Source: Reclinomonas americana ATCC 50394 (taxonomy: Eukaryota). From it: a stretch of DNA of 41,657 nucleotides. The notes under the pieces are model-generated. The model was not told where the DNA came from, did no database searches, and was given only the letters and a program-made list of their open reading frames with translations. Where the stretch lies: assembly GCA_048213135.1 (NCBI GenBank), contig PS015249.1:101867-143523 (forward strand). Direction: 5' to 3'. Of this stretch, positions 1 to 12,303 are shown one piece after another. The position numbers and the translations under genes are program-made. The first letter of the stretch is position 1, and every line of letters begins with the position of its first letter.

Positions 1-45
1 ACACACACGCCAAGAAAACAAAAGTGATGATGATGGCGCACTGAC

Positions 46-358
46 CTCCGGGGATGTCGCGGGAGGCAGAGCGCGGGCGGTTGTGGCTGCCGCTGCGCGG
101 GCGAGTGCGAGAGCGCGAGCGATGCGCGCCCTCAGCAACGGGCAGAGCCTCAGCCGCCGTTTGCTCATTGATGGGCGCAACTGCACGGCTGCTGCTGTGG
201 TGGTGATGATGGTGGTGGTGGTGGTGCGCGCGCGGCTGCTGGCCATCGAGCACCGAGTTGGCGCGGCGACGGCGAGTGCTCGTGCCGCGATGTTGGCTGT
301 CCTTGAGAGCGACTTCAAAGTTCTTTTTGGAAAAGGCGACTCCATGGTGTGCACCCAT
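46..358 (-). CDS. First exon of a His/Arg/Ser-rich protein; gene continues off the window
   Basis: ATG at 358 reads MGAHHGVAFSKKNFEVALKDSQHRG...HHHHHHHHHH...RSASRDIPG, then donor G|GTCAGT at 45. The MG start may be N-myristoylated (inference). Confidence 0.65.
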
Positions 359-632
359 TCACACGCGCAGTTCGATTGGTGAGGGTTGGGGGGAGAAGAA
401 GAGGGAGAGTGCGCGCGTGAAAGAGAAAAAGTTTTTTGGTTGGCAAAATGAAAATGCGTTTCGCGCTTGGCTGATGCAGCAAGTCGATGTCGACTTGCGA
501 GGTGCTTGCTTGTCAGGGAGCCTTGGAGAGAAGGGCGAGCTGCAGTACAAGTCGAGTAACAGATCTGCACGGTGATCATGCAGTTCCAGAAAAACGGAGG
601 CATGCGTGACACGAGAAAAAGGAGAAGAGAAT

Positions 633-1251
633 TCGAATTCGAAAAGCTGAAACCGAAGAGCTCGAGTTTTTGGCACGGAAACCAGTACCCATGGCATACA
701 AGTGGATAGCATGAATGCACGAATCAATAGCGGAAGGGCACAGAGCTCGTCGTCATGGAAACGGCCTGCGGATATCGAATTCGTCGGTGCAAGAAATGCG
801 CGGAACCGGCTTCTTCCGAACCGTCTTCGAATGGATGCCAATTCCCGTGGCATGAGGTACTAGGGCTTGAATGCACACTGGAATGCAGAAAATGGCCCAA
901 CGCACTCTCGAGCTTGGAAACGGCGAACGCTTGCTGATATCGAATCGCCGAATCGTCTTCCATGGCTGCAGCTGCAGCTTTTCTCAAACCCTTCTTGGAT
1001 GCACGCCACTTCTCGTGCCCTGCGATCGTAGGGCTCGGATGCAGACATGGCATGCGCAAAGCGTTCTGGATCCCAACCGCTGTTGAGTTCCCGCGGCCGG
1101 CCAAGACCGCTTGACGGCATTGTCAGCACCTTGAAGAATGAGCAAAGCATATCCAGGATTTTAGCCCACGGGTTCCCCACGAGAAGCTGGGACCGCACGA
1201 CAATTCGAACCCGCGCGCATACGCGATATCGAACCAGTTTTTCGAATTCGA
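633..1251. repeat. Intergenic segment bounded by 17-bp inverted repeats, with an internal degenerate duplication
   Basis: tcgaattcgaaaagctg (633-649) and cagtttttcgaattcga (1235-1251) are a 16/17 inverted match. Internal repeat tggaaacggc...gatatcgaat at about 756 and 915. Confidence 0.4.
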
Positions 1252-1413
1252 TTTTTCCCACCAAATCACTCGAGCCCTTCCTCCACCCCTTCTCCTCATT
1301 CTCCTTTTGTCAACCCACCCTCTCCTCTCCTGCGCCCCAAGTCCCGACATGCAAAATCCGACAACCATCGACCGTTTCGTCGCACAACGAAATTGCGCTC
1401 GACAACAACAATC

Positions 1414-2898
1414 ATGCGTGGCCCGGGGAGAGGCAACAGCGACGATGCTGCGGCTCGCATACCACTGACACGTTCGCGCGACGATGACGACGACGTGCCG
1501 GACGCACATGGTGGCGGCGAAGAGCTACGACGAATGGGCGCGCTGATTGGCAGTGCTCCCACTGCAGGAGGCGGCGCTCCCGTCAGCAGCTCGCCCATGG
1601 GCTCCAGTGGTGGTGGTGGTAGTGGAGGCGCAGGCGGCTCCCTGCTGCCCTCACACTCCTCGTCGTCTTCGTCGTCGGCGGCTGGTACGCGTGTTGGTCT
1701 TCGCTGTGCGCGCGCGCATGTTGGATCTGCGCGCCATCACTCACACGTGTGCGTGTGTGTGCACAGAGAGCCCATACATCAAGTACGCACCGGCGTTGTT
1801 TGCCGTTCTGAACGTGCTGTCCACCATCAGTCTCGTGTCGGTCAACAAGCTGCTCTTTATGACGCCCGATTGGAACTACCGTTGCGCCTCTCTCCCCTTC
1901 ACCCCTTCACCCCATTCTCCTCATCCCACTCACCCATGCACAGACGGCGTGCTCGTGCTGTCCCACTTGCTGGTGACGTGGCTGTACGCGATTCTCGCCG
2001 AGCGACTGGGCTTCTACGTGAACACACCGATTGATGTGCCGCAATGGAGGATCGCCCTTGACGCCTTCCTGCTCGACGTGTCGGTGCTGTCGATGAACTG
2101 GACGCTGGACAAGACCAACGTGTCGTTCTACCAGTTCACCAAGCTGCTGATCATCCCCGCTCAGGCCCTCCTGCAGTTCCTCTGGCTCAATGTGCGACCG
2201 ACGCTGCAAGGAGCGGTGGCGCTCGCCTTGCTCGGCGTGGGACTGGCACTGATCTTTGTCACCGAGTTTACGGTGACGGGCCTTGGGCTGCTGGGAGCCG
2301 TGGTGGCACTGGTGTCGACCACGGTCGGTCAGCAGGAGCTGCAGCAGACGCAGAATGTGTACAAGCTGGACTCGATTCACTACCTGCGGCATCTCAGCTT
2401 TTACCAGACCGCCATCATGCTCGTCTTTACGCTGCTGTCGGGCCAGCTGAATACCGATTTCATCGGCGTCGCCCTCTCGCAGGATGTGTTTGTGCGTTCA
2501 TCCGAGCGATGATGATTCTGCTGGGCGACTGCGCTCACTCTTCGCATCTACGCACAGGGTCTCTTCTTCCTGTCGTGCACGTTTGCGTTCTTTGTCAACC
2601 TGACCTCGGCGCTGGTCATTGGCAAGCTGACGGCACTCATGTTGCGTGCAGCGACAACAGCGAATTCGTGTGTGAAAGTTTTCGTCGATCCTCATTCGTG
2701 TGCTTGCATGCATGCAGGTACCAAGTGATTGGTCACGCCAAGACTGTGGCCCTGCTGGTCATCGGCACCGTGTTCTTCGGCACTGTCCTCGGCCCGCGCG
2801 GTATCACCGGCCTAATCATTGCCGCCGCCGGTGTCGTTTGGTACACCAAGCTCAAGCTGGAAAAGGCCGCCGATTACACACCACCGGCGAGGACATGA
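1414..2898 (+). CDS. Nucleotide-sugar / triose-phosphate transporter family (SLC35E-like)
   Basis: Exons 1414-1684, 1767-1880, 1944-2491, 2558-2640, 2718-2898. Motifs ISLVSVNKLLF, NVSFYQFTKLLIIP, FFVNLTSALVIGKLTALMYQVIGHAKT; many TM helices. Confidence 0.9.
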
Positions 2899-2987
2899 GC
2901 ACCCGTGCATAGGAGAGAGCCAGGCAGGCTCAGAGGAGGAAGAGTAAAAAGTCCGTCGTTTCGCACTTGTCTTGTCCCACCGATCTC

Positions 2988-3954
2988 ATGGCTTCCTCCT
3001 CGTCGAGCATTGACCACACTCGCGCCTCCGGCCTCGTGCTGGTCTCCGGCAGCAGCGAGAGTGGCATCTGGACGGTGACCATGAACCGTCCCGATGCCCT
3101 CAACGCCCTCAGCCTGGACCTCCTGCGCGACTTGGTGAGCACACACACTGCGAAGAGCAGAGAAACCAGTCTGTATCTCACTCCACACACATGCAGGCAG
3201 AGGCATTCCGCGCTCTGCGCAACGACGCCTCTGTCAAGGTGGTGATCTTCACGGGCGCCGGGCGCGCCTTCACCTCGGGCATTGATCTCACCGCCGCCAA
3301 GTCCGTTTTCCAAGGAGTTGAGTGGCGGGAGGAAATCTCCGCAGCCTGCATGCATGCATGTGTCTCACACACATTCACGTGCAGTCCAAGGACGGTGCTC
3401 CGGCCACAGTGGAGAACGATCCACTGGTGGAGATGGACCTGTGCCCATTCCCGATCATTGGCGCCATCAACGGCTTTGCGATCACCGGAGGCTTCGAGTT
3501 GGCGCTGGCGTGCGACTTCCTCATTGGCGCCCCCGAGGCCAAGTTCATGGACACGCACTGCAAGTTCGGCCTGATGCCATCGTGGGGCCTCTCGCAGCGG
3601 CTGGCGCGCGTGGTCGGCCCCAACGTGGCGCGCGAGATCTCGTTGACTGCGCGCCCAGTGTCGGCCGAGGAGGCGCTGTCCTGGGGCCTGCTGAACCGCG
3701 TGGTGGCGACGGCCGACGATCTGTTGCCGACGGCGCAGAAGCTGGCGCGTATGATTGCGGAGAATTATCAGCCGGTGGTGCGTGGCTACCGGGCGGTGCT
3801 GAACGAGGGCTTCTCCAAGACGCTGGCCGAGGGTCGGCGCCTGGAAAAGGAGCGCGCCTTTGCGTACTATGCCAAGATGCGACCGGAGCAGTTCGCCGCC
3901 ATGCAAAAGTTCATTGCTGCACGCTCCAGCCAGCAGCCGCGAGCCAAGCTGTGA
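2988..3954 (+). CDS. Enoyl-CoA hydratase/isomerase (crotonase family), peroxisomal
   Basis: Exons 2988-3134, 3197-3316, 3385-3954. Motifs TMNRPDALNAL, TGAGRAFTSGIDL, PIIGAINGFAITGGFELALACD, GLMPSWGLSQRL; C-terminal AKL is a PTS1. Confidence 0.93.
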
Positions 3955-4224
3955 CAACTCGTTGTGATGCCACACAAAAGAGCTCATTTCGCGACTCAGA
4001 AAATATAAGAAAACGGAAAGGAGAGGAACATGCGACCTTCTCGCCATTCACTGTTACACCACACTCACGCACAGATGTGTGCGCCTCATTCTTCAACCAT
4101 AACATTCGACAGAGGGTGGGGTAGAAATCAAAAATGAGGCAGTGGCAGGGAGGCGGCAACGGGACAGAGCGGGAGACAACGAGGAGGAAGCAATTGGCAA
4201 AGCGAGGGGTGGGGGGTTCCCAAT

Positions 4225-4950
4225 TTAGTGGCCAGCGGCGCGCAGGTGCATGAGGTCGCGGAACATGGCCTGGATCTCCTCCTTGGACTTGTTCTTGATG
4301 AGCGACATCATCTTGGCGTGCGTTAGCGAGGTCAGATCGCTGATCGACAGGTAGTTGGCGGCCTCAATCAAGCGCAGCAGCAGCTCCATGTTGCAGGCGG
4401 GCTCGTTGACGAACTCGCGATCAAACTCGGAGATGGAGTCGTCAAAGTTGAACGACTCCTTGTACTGCAGCTCCAGTGGTCGCTTGATCTCCTCCATCGG
4501 GTGCACGGCGTGGTGGTTGATGAACTTGACCACCGCCTCTAGTGTCTTGGTGTGCACACGGCTGAGCTCCACGCGCTCAGAGCCATCGCCCTCAGCCTCA
4601 GCCTACAAACACAAAAATGAAAACGTCAGACAATACGGCGATACGAGTTGTGGTGGCGACAGCAGCAGCGCAACTCCCTGCATGTCGATGATGAACTGCG
4701 AGGCAATCGACAGCGCATGGCCTTCGCCATTGACGCCGCAGATAATGGAGCGGGCCACCTCAAACTCGACGCCCTCGAGCGACACGAGCGTAATGCGCGG
4801 CGCCGAGGCCGGATCAATCGGCTCATATGACACACGCGCGTGCATGGCCGCCGCCTTGGCCGCAATGGCCGGGTCAGTCGAGGCCGCTGCTGCCGCCGCC
4901 GCCGACGCCGCTGCAGGCGCTGCTGCCGATCCAGATGCTCCCTCAGACAT
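4225..4950 (-). CDS. Skp1-like protein (divergent, C-terminally truncated)
   Basis: Exons 4950-4675 and 4602-4225 (intron 4603-4674, GTTGCG...TAG). Motifs ITLVSLEGVEFEV, KTLEAVVKFINHH, SEFDREFV, LIEAANYLSI, IKNKSKEEIQAMF. Confidence 0.88.
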
Positions 4951-5835
4951 GATTTGTTCCGTTCTATAACACAACAAACACACAAACACAACAATGAGCA
5001 ACAAAAACAACAAAAAGAGTGTGCAGCATGTGCGAAGAAGAGAACGCACGCGAGGAACAACAACACACGCAAATAAAAGAGTCAACAATTTTGCGCGGAC
5101 ATTTCCCCGACCAAACTCACTCTCTCTTTCTCTTGCGTTCTCTCACTCTCTCTTCATTTCTCGCGTTTTTGTGAGTGAGCATGCGCATACCACGTGTACA
5201 CACAACAAGGAGTGACACGGTGAGTGCGACGTGAGGTGATGTGTAAATAAAAAACGTGCACACTTTGTGCGTGGACAGCAATAGCAAGCGCGCGTGGCCC
5301 TCTCTTATGTGCACGCGCGTGAGGTGCTTTGAAGGAGAGCGCGCGAGGTGGAGAGAGAGAGAACGAAGATTGACAAAAGTGGGTATGTAGTTGAAAAGTG
5401 GGAGACACACACTTCACCGATGTGTGTGACGACAGGCAGAGAAAAGAAGCTCTCTCTCTCACACACACCCGCAATGAGTGGTGGTGTCGCGTGTGAGAGT
5501 GGTGGGTGTTGTTGCTCACCGTGTGCGACGAGTGTTCGGTGCTGACTGGTCGAGTGACGGGACACTAAAAAAATCTTGTCTCGTGTCCATGGTTGTTGCT
5601 TTCACGAGAATGGAGGTGCAAGTATACAGATGTGCTTATGCTACATGAGTCTCAGCCTGATCGCCTGCTAAAACTTCATTGGACCTCGATTTTGCAGGTC
5701 GACCTTCGAATTCATGATCACGAAAGCACCGTTGGTGTCGACGGGCAACAGCGACAGCGACGTAGAATGGTACCACCTGTAGTTTCCTTGCGTTCGATCT
5801 TCGCGCTTTTGTCAATTGCCGTCGACCATTTTGCA

Positions 5836-7386
5836 TTACACTTCTCCAATGGCCAGCTCGTCCACCAGCACGTCGAACAGTGTTGCATCGGTGGCCCGCT
5901 GTCGCACCGCAGCACTCTGCAACACCTCCACCACGCGGGCCACCGGCACCGCGGCCGCGCAGAGGCGCTCGACCAGCGCCACCAGTCGCGGCACGACTTG
6001 TCGCTCGGCGTGAATATCGCAAAACACCAGCTCCTCGATGCCGGCAGCGTTGGCCGCCAGCACCTGGATCAGGGCCTTGCAGTGGTGGCTACCGCCGAAT
6101 GCACCGCAGCCCCAGTGGCCCGTCACCACTCGCCGTGTGCCGTGCTGGCGAGCCGCATGGAAACCGGCAAAGCACTGCGGACCGCCGTCAGCTGTTCTTT
6201 CTTGCACCACCCAGCTTGTCTTGCCTATTGCAGCTCACCTTGACCAACTCACGCTCAGCCATGCCAGGCACCACCAACTCGGCTATCTTGTCCTCCTCCT
6301 CCCGCTCGTCACCTCCATCCAGCTCTGCCGCATCCATGCAAATGACGGAGCGCGGTCTTTGCTCGACCACTCGGCCTGCAAACGCCGTGGTGCGGCCGTA
6401 TCCCGACAGCACCGCACTCGCCGCCGTGCCCGTCACCAGCAGCACATCACCATCGTCGAGGCCTGCACCGCACACCAGGGCCGCCAGACACAGCTGCAGA
6501 TGCACATAAGAGTCAGCAGGTGGCGATCATGCCGCGGACGACGAGGGTCACCGACCTCTGGTGTGGATCCCATCAGTCGCTCCTCTTGCGTGCCCGACGC
6601 ACCAAAGCCGACCAGCCGGTTGGCAAAGTCGACCTCGGCCGTGTCTGCCTGCCGACGTGCCTACACATACATACTCCACATGAACACGACAGCGCTGCGA
6701 CACGAACTTCTTGGTCGTCGCACCTCTTCCGCCATATCGCCCACCACGTGACGCACAGTGGTCGCAAACGCGCTGCAGCCAGCGGCCGCCGTCGCAAACA
6801 GCTCTGCTGTGGAGCAATGCCTGCTGACGGAGACCACGCCATCATCATCTGCATCCCACTGCTTCACAAAGTCGAAGAGCGACTGAATGTACGCGACCGC
6901 CGGCTGATTCTCCGCGTCACTCTCGTACCACACACCAAAGTTCTGCGCCACACGCGCCTCTCCATCGCCACCACCACCACCACCACTGATGGTACACAGT
7001 GCCATGTTGGCCAGCAAGCATCGCGTCTGCGCGCGCGTCAATCGCGACAACTCCACGCCTTCCTCCAGCACAGCACACGGAAAGAGCTCCGGCAGCAGTG
7101 TGGCCCACGCGATCAGTGAGTGACGCAGTGCATTGGCACTCTCCTCTCCCATCTCGCACAGCACGTGACGCAGTGCTTGCAGCTCGCGGGGCCGAGTGCG
7201 TGAGGGTGAGTACGAGTCGGGCCAGAAGTGGTCGAGAATCAGTGTGTCAAGCGGAGGCAGACTCGCCTGCGAGAGCACGGCCACAATCAGCTCCCATGCT
7301 GGCACCGTTGGCTCGTCGGCGGAGACGAGCGAGAGCGGATCGGCGACATGCTGTGAGGGGTGGTGGGGAAGGCGCACAGACACCAT
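5836..7386 (-). CDS. PARG: Poly(ADP-ribose) glycohydrolase
   Basis: Four exons. CLLANMALCT, EVDFANRLVGFGASGTQEERLMGSTPELC (QEE), SGYGRT, ERELVKCFAGF, VVTGHWGCGAFGG. Start may be the upstream in-frame ATG at about 7422. Confidence 0.9.
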
Positions 7387-7490
7387 TTCAACAATAAAGA
7401 GAGGACTTGCGGACAACTTCATTCGTTTCCATCGTCGTGCAAGTCCGTCTGGTCTGGCACAGGAGACGAGGTTCTGCTCCGTCACTTCAG

Positions 7491-7830
7491 TGTCTCGACC
7501 GATCGCCGTCACACGCAGCGGTTGATTGAGCAGCTGCAGTTGTCCGTGTTCATCATCGGTGAGGCACAGCCGCTCTTCAACTTACAGGCGAACTCAACGC
7601 ACCTCCTGAATCGGCCGGAAGGCCAGCGGCGAGACGCTGTCGCTCTTCAGCTCGCAAGCATACTCGACCACTTCTTGAATCGGTCAGCGGGCAGGCAGCA
7701 GTCTGTCTGCCTTCGCCAGCGGTGCCTCGCCGCCTCCTGAATCGACCAGCATGTAACAGGCTGTCTGCCTTCGCCGTCCATGAGACGCAGTCGCTCTTCA
7801 GCTTTTCAACCTCGATCATCGGTCGAGACA
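7491..7830. repeat. 340-bp segment with 13-bp inverted ends and internal degenerate repeats
   Basis: tgtctcgaccgat (7491-7503) / atcggtcgagaca (7818-7830). Internal copies of gctcttca (x3), tgaatcg (x3) and ctgtctgccttcgcc (x2). Confidence 0.45.
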
Positions 7831-7863
7831 GTTGCTTGCTTGGTCGCATTCGTCTCCCCTTCG

Positions 7864-9170
7864 TCAGTCTGGCTCCTCGTCGGTCTCCATCACCGAGCCG
7901 GGGAGGGGCGACAGCAGCACCATCGGCGGAGGCGACAGTGTCGCGCGAGACGACGGCGACCGCTGCTGCTTGCCGAAGAAGCTCTCGGAAGCCGCTCGCG
8001 CCACTTGCATGTCGGCATCGGTCGGCGCGTGCAACACCCAGCTGTCGCCCCAGTGCGGATCACTGGCGGCGAGCAGCGCCGGTGGCGGTGGGTAGCAAGG
8101 ACTGGAGAACATGACGGGCGACAGCACCGGTCGCTTATCGCCGCCGCCGTCGTCGTCGTCGTCGTCAAATAGCGACGAGGCGCCCTCGATTACGGTCGGA
8201 GAGCGACGCAGCAACTCCACTGGTGGCTATAGGGAAATGTGAGGTGCGGGAAACGAGGACGAACAGGCGAGGGACGGGAAGTGGTCGACGAACCGGGTAT
8301 CGCACATCACGTGGCCGATCGCGCTCACACACCTCCCGTCGCAGTGCCACGGCCTCCTCATGTCGCTCTGCAGGCAACAGTGAGTGGGTGGGAAGGGGGG
8401 AGGAAGAAGCGCGTCACCCGGCGGCCACGCAACGACGCTCCCGATGCACTCGCATCATCTCCAACATGACGAGCTCTTCACCGTGCGCCAACACCGCCAG
8501 TGCACGCCGCTCCTCGTTCTGAAACTGTCGGATTCTGCAGCGGGACACGTCGGCGACGACTGGGCAAATCTCTAGCTCAACAAGACTTGAACGCAACTGC
8601 CGAGCCTCGCAACAATACGACACCTGTATTCATCATGCATAAGCACGAAATCGATACACATCAATAGAGGACACGCGCGACTATAGACTCACCCAGCACG
8701 GAATACACGTCAGGCGACAGCACACCAAGCACAGATCACTCGGCGTCTGCACCACGCAGCGGATCAATCTCTCTGCCTCATTCACCACAAGCTCTTCGTC
8801 GGGGGCAAACCTCGATCACCGGACACAATCCCGCGCAGCAAAACGAGCTCAGAAACTCCATCGACGCCGCTCTCCCCTGCTGCATGGTCAAATACCACAT
8901 CTGTCTCGCCCGCTCGCGCAGCACCTCCTCTGCGTCCGCCACCGCCTCTGCTGCAGCAGCGGCTGCTCGCGCGCCAACTGGCTCTTGTGCTACAGCGGCG
9001 ACTGCTGCAGCAGCGATGATAGGCGAGGAGGCGGAGGCGGGCGAGTCGGCGAGGCGAGAGGAGGAGGGAGAGGGACTGCGGTGGGACCTGCGCGCGGGCC
9101 AGTCGTCGTCCTCCGCATAGAGAGGAGAGGGGCGCACGCGGAGACTGTTGGCACGTGCTGCGGCAGCCAT
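7864..9170 (-). CDS. Hypothetical protein with a Cys-rich centre and Ser/Pro-rich termini
   Basis: Spliced reading MAAAARANS...FCCAGLCPVIE|TPSDLCLVCCRLTCIPCW|VSYCCEARQ...RHEEAVALRRE...|PPVELLRRSP...ETDEEPD*. Intron phases are compatible; no family recognised. Confidence 0.65.
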
Positions 9171-9659
9171 GCGCGCGCGCTGGAGGAGCGCGTGTGCGTC
9201 TCTCTCTGTCCAAAGCTGCGATTAACTGACGGTGGCAGGACACGCTGGTTTTCGAGGCATTCCTTCGCTCGGGGGTGGGTGCCGTTGTGGGTTAACACAT
9301 GTTGGTCGGTGGAGGCATTCGTGGTTTCACAAGAGGGGTGGCGCGGGGGCAATATTTCCCGCAACTTCGACGTCGAGTCGTGAAGTTGCACAGAAAATGC
9401 ACTATTTGATTTCTTCGGCCATCCTCGAGCTGCACGGGTTTTCTGCCTTCGTGGTACCACACACCCTGTTTGTCCATGACCCTTGACGTCGACATATACA
9501 TGAACAGGACATCAAGGCCAATTGCGGACCCCCACTCCACCTCGGAGTGCGACCTGCACTTGCATTCTGTGCTCGTGTGCGTGAGATCTGTGACTGTAGG
9601 GCCTGGCAGCCAAGATCAGTCAAAAAAGAAGCAAAAAACACTCGCTGCATTTCTCCGAC

Positions 9660-9664
9660 AAAAA
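9660..9664 (-). terminator. RNA polymerase III oligo-T terminator of the tRNA gene
   Basis: T5 run 3 nt after the tRNA 3' end. Confidence 0.7.
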
Positions 9665-9667
9665 GAG

Positions 9668-9739
9668 CTCTCCCGCCGGGAATTGAACCCGGATCACCTG
9701 CGTGACAGGCAGATATCCTAACCATTAGACTACAGGAGA
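9668..9739 (-). tRNA. tRNA-Asp (GTC)
   Basis: TCTCCTG TA GTCTAATGGTTAGGAT A TCTGC CT-GTC-AC GCAGG TGAT CCGGG TTCAATT CCCGG CGGGAGA G: 72-nt cloverleaf with A and B boxes, followed by TTTTT. Confidence 0.96.
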
Positions 9740-10077
9740 AATACGTAATCTGCGCGCCATGATTGGTGCCCAGCAGCGAACTCGACGCAGCAACCAATCG
9801 CAGCAGCTCCGTGTTCGCATTCAACAGAGCAATCTCCGGANNNNNNNNNNNNNNNNNNNNAGCGAAGGGGGAAATGAGAAGGAGGAGAGAACGGGGAAAC
9901 TGCGGGAAAGGAGAAGCACAGACGGAGGCAAGAGGTGAAGCAACGGGAACTGGGGGATTGGGGGAAGCGAAAGGGGAAGGAGAGAGTGAGAGCACTGACC
10001 TCTGGCACTCTTTCTCTTCAACTCTGGTGTCTCAGTCCTTTCTCTTCCTCTTCCCCCTTCCCCCTTCCTCCCCTCAC

Positions 10078-11232
10078 CATCAATCATGGCCTTCTCGGTC
10101 TCCCACAACAGCTGCAGCAAGCCTTTTGGCTGCAGCACCACATCGTCGTCCAAGATCAAGTAGAAGCGCTTGTCGGGGAAGGCCCGCCACAAGTCCACTG
10201 GCGCAAACTCCATCTTGCGCTGCCCTGAGCTCTTGTTGGCCCGGAACGGACACCCGGAGATCTTTTGAATCGCGCGCTCTGGCACATCACGATCCGACAG
10301 CACCACGTGGTGCGGAAACGCGCGCAGAAACGTGCGCTGCTGACACGCCACTCGCACCGTATCCTGAAACCGATGCGACACAATCGCCACTCCCACATCC
10401 TCAAACGACGGCGCCTGCGTGCGTGCACGAGCTACATAGTCGTCCCAGGTCGGCGTCGCGCTGTAGATTGCCGGGCTGTGAAGCAAGAAAAGAGAATTGT
10501 CAGCAGGGGAACAGTAAGAGAGACAGGAAACGACTGCCTGTCTTTGTCTTCTTTCTCCGATTACACTTCCCCATCTCTTCATTCTCCTGCTTGCCTATCG
10601 CCGTCTTGCTCTCAACTAGCATCTTTCCTTCTCGATCCCAGTCTTCACATCATCTTGTCTCCCATCCCTCGCCTCGACTGCTCTCTCCATCCTTCTGCCT
10701 GCACCAGTGCGAGTTGCTTCTTGTCTCGTCTCCTCTCGATCTCAACTTGCATTTCTTTACCTCTGATATCTTCTCGTCTCTGGTCCCTCAGTCTTCAATC
10801 TCATCAGCTTGCACCAGTGCAAGTCTTTCGTTGTGCTTCTCTCCTTCCAGCCTTTCTGCTTCTGATCAACTCTCGCTCGTCTGCTTGCATCAGTTCCCTT
10901 CTCGCCCTCTTTTCCTTCTCACTGATCAGTCTGCATCAGTCCCTGCCTTATGACCTTCTTGTCTCTGGTCCCTCTGATCTTGAGGCGCACGTGCCTTCTC
11001 TCTTCCCTCTCTCTCTCTNNNNNNNNNNNNNNNNNNNNNNNNNNNNNNNNNNNNNNNNNNNNNNNNNNNNNNNNNNNNNNNNNNNNNNNNNNNNNNNNNN
11101 NNNNNNNNNNNNNNNNNNNNNNNNNNNNNNNNNNNNNNNNNNNNNNNNNNNNNNNNNNNNNNNNNNNNNNNNNNNNNNNNNNNNNNNNNNNNNNNNNNNN
11201 NNNNNNNNNNNNNNNNNNNNNGGCGCGCGTCG

Positions 11233-11289
<57 letters not shown>

Positions 11290-11730
11290 TCTCCCTTCCC
11301 TCCGATCACAACTCCAATCGGCCTTGGTTTCTCTCAACTCCTCCTCCCTTTCCCCTCCCTCTCTCTCCCTCCCTCTCTCACGCAACTCCTTCCACGTCGT
11401 GGGCCCATACAACAGACTAACCACCGCATCCCACCACCAATCCTCCTCCTCCTCCTTTGCCTCCTCTCTCCTCCACTTCTTATACGCATGTCTTGACTCG
11501 CGCTCACACGCAACACCTCCTCCTCCTCCTCCACTCCCCGCGCTCTCTGCAATGAGGAACGGGCGCGAGAGGTGTGTGGAGACGGAGGAGGGAGGCGGTG
11601 TGCCCCCAAAGGGACTGCGATCGCGCGGAGCCACCAGTGGGATAATGGCGGCAGAGACAAGGAGAGAGGCGGCGATGAGGATGAGGATGTAGAGGGCGCG
11701 GAGGAGGTGGTGCGGAGCTATGCGAGGCAT
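10078..11730 (-). CDS. Type II membrane glycosyltransferase, GT31/Fringe-like; 3' part lost at a gap
   Basis: N-terminal signal-anchor LYILILIAASLLVSAAIIPLV. Exon 2 reads VAIVSHRFQDT...HHVVLSD...PDKRFYLILDDDVVL (DxD). Intron 10477-11386 (GTTGCG...CAG) is phase-compatible. Confidence 0.72.
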
Positions 11731-12066
11731 TCCTCCTCCCGACGCACAACAAGGAGTGGATTGTGTGCTGTTCGGATTCAATGTATTTCGGTCCGACGAG
11801 AGCTGCTCATGCAGTGGGGACAAAATGTGATGGACTGTGAGTTGCGTGCTGCATGGCGTGTGTGCATTAGAGAGGCAGTGCGTGGAGCATCGCCCATCGT
11901 GTCTTGTGCTTGGGATCATGAGTGGAATACCGGGGTAATATATCTTCAGTATCCGAAACTTCCTTTCTCGATCGACAAAAGGACAACCCGATGCAAACTA
12001 CACCACGCTGACACAAGTAGTACAACTGGGACACACTCTACAACCATAGAAGAGAGGCGAATGTGA

Positions 12067-12303
12067 TGCTGGGTCTGCAAGAGAAACCACTATCAACTTG
12101 AACAATCCAACCTGCAACACAGCTGCGTGAGGATCACTGCGTTGAGGAGACACTAGAAACGGAGACGCGATCTGAAGCAATAGCAGAGAGTCAGAATGTA
12201 CTGCTGGCGATTCTGCAAGAGAAATGCAACGACAACAACAGCTTGAACAATCGAACCTGCAACATAAGGATCATTGCGTTGAGGAGACACCAGAAACGGA
12301 GAC
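12067..12303. repeat. Diverged direct duplication (period about 135 bp)
   Basis: ctgcaagagaaa...cttgaacaatc-aacctgcaaca...aggatca-tgcgttgaggagacac-agaaacggagac occurs twice. Confidence 0.8.

Noticed and set aside
9240-9660. Possible snRNA or other ncRNA next to the tRNA
   Set aside because: No recognisable U1, U2, U5, U6, 5S or SRP motif found by eye.
10265-11692. ORFs spanning N runs
   Set aside because: Artefacts of gaps and microsatellites that lack stop codons.
1414-11730. Skp1 glycosylation cluster (Skp1, sugar transporter, glycosyltransferase)
   Set aside because: Skp1 glycosylation is cytosolic and uses other GT families, these two proteins look Golgi-type, and this Skp1 lacks the target proline.
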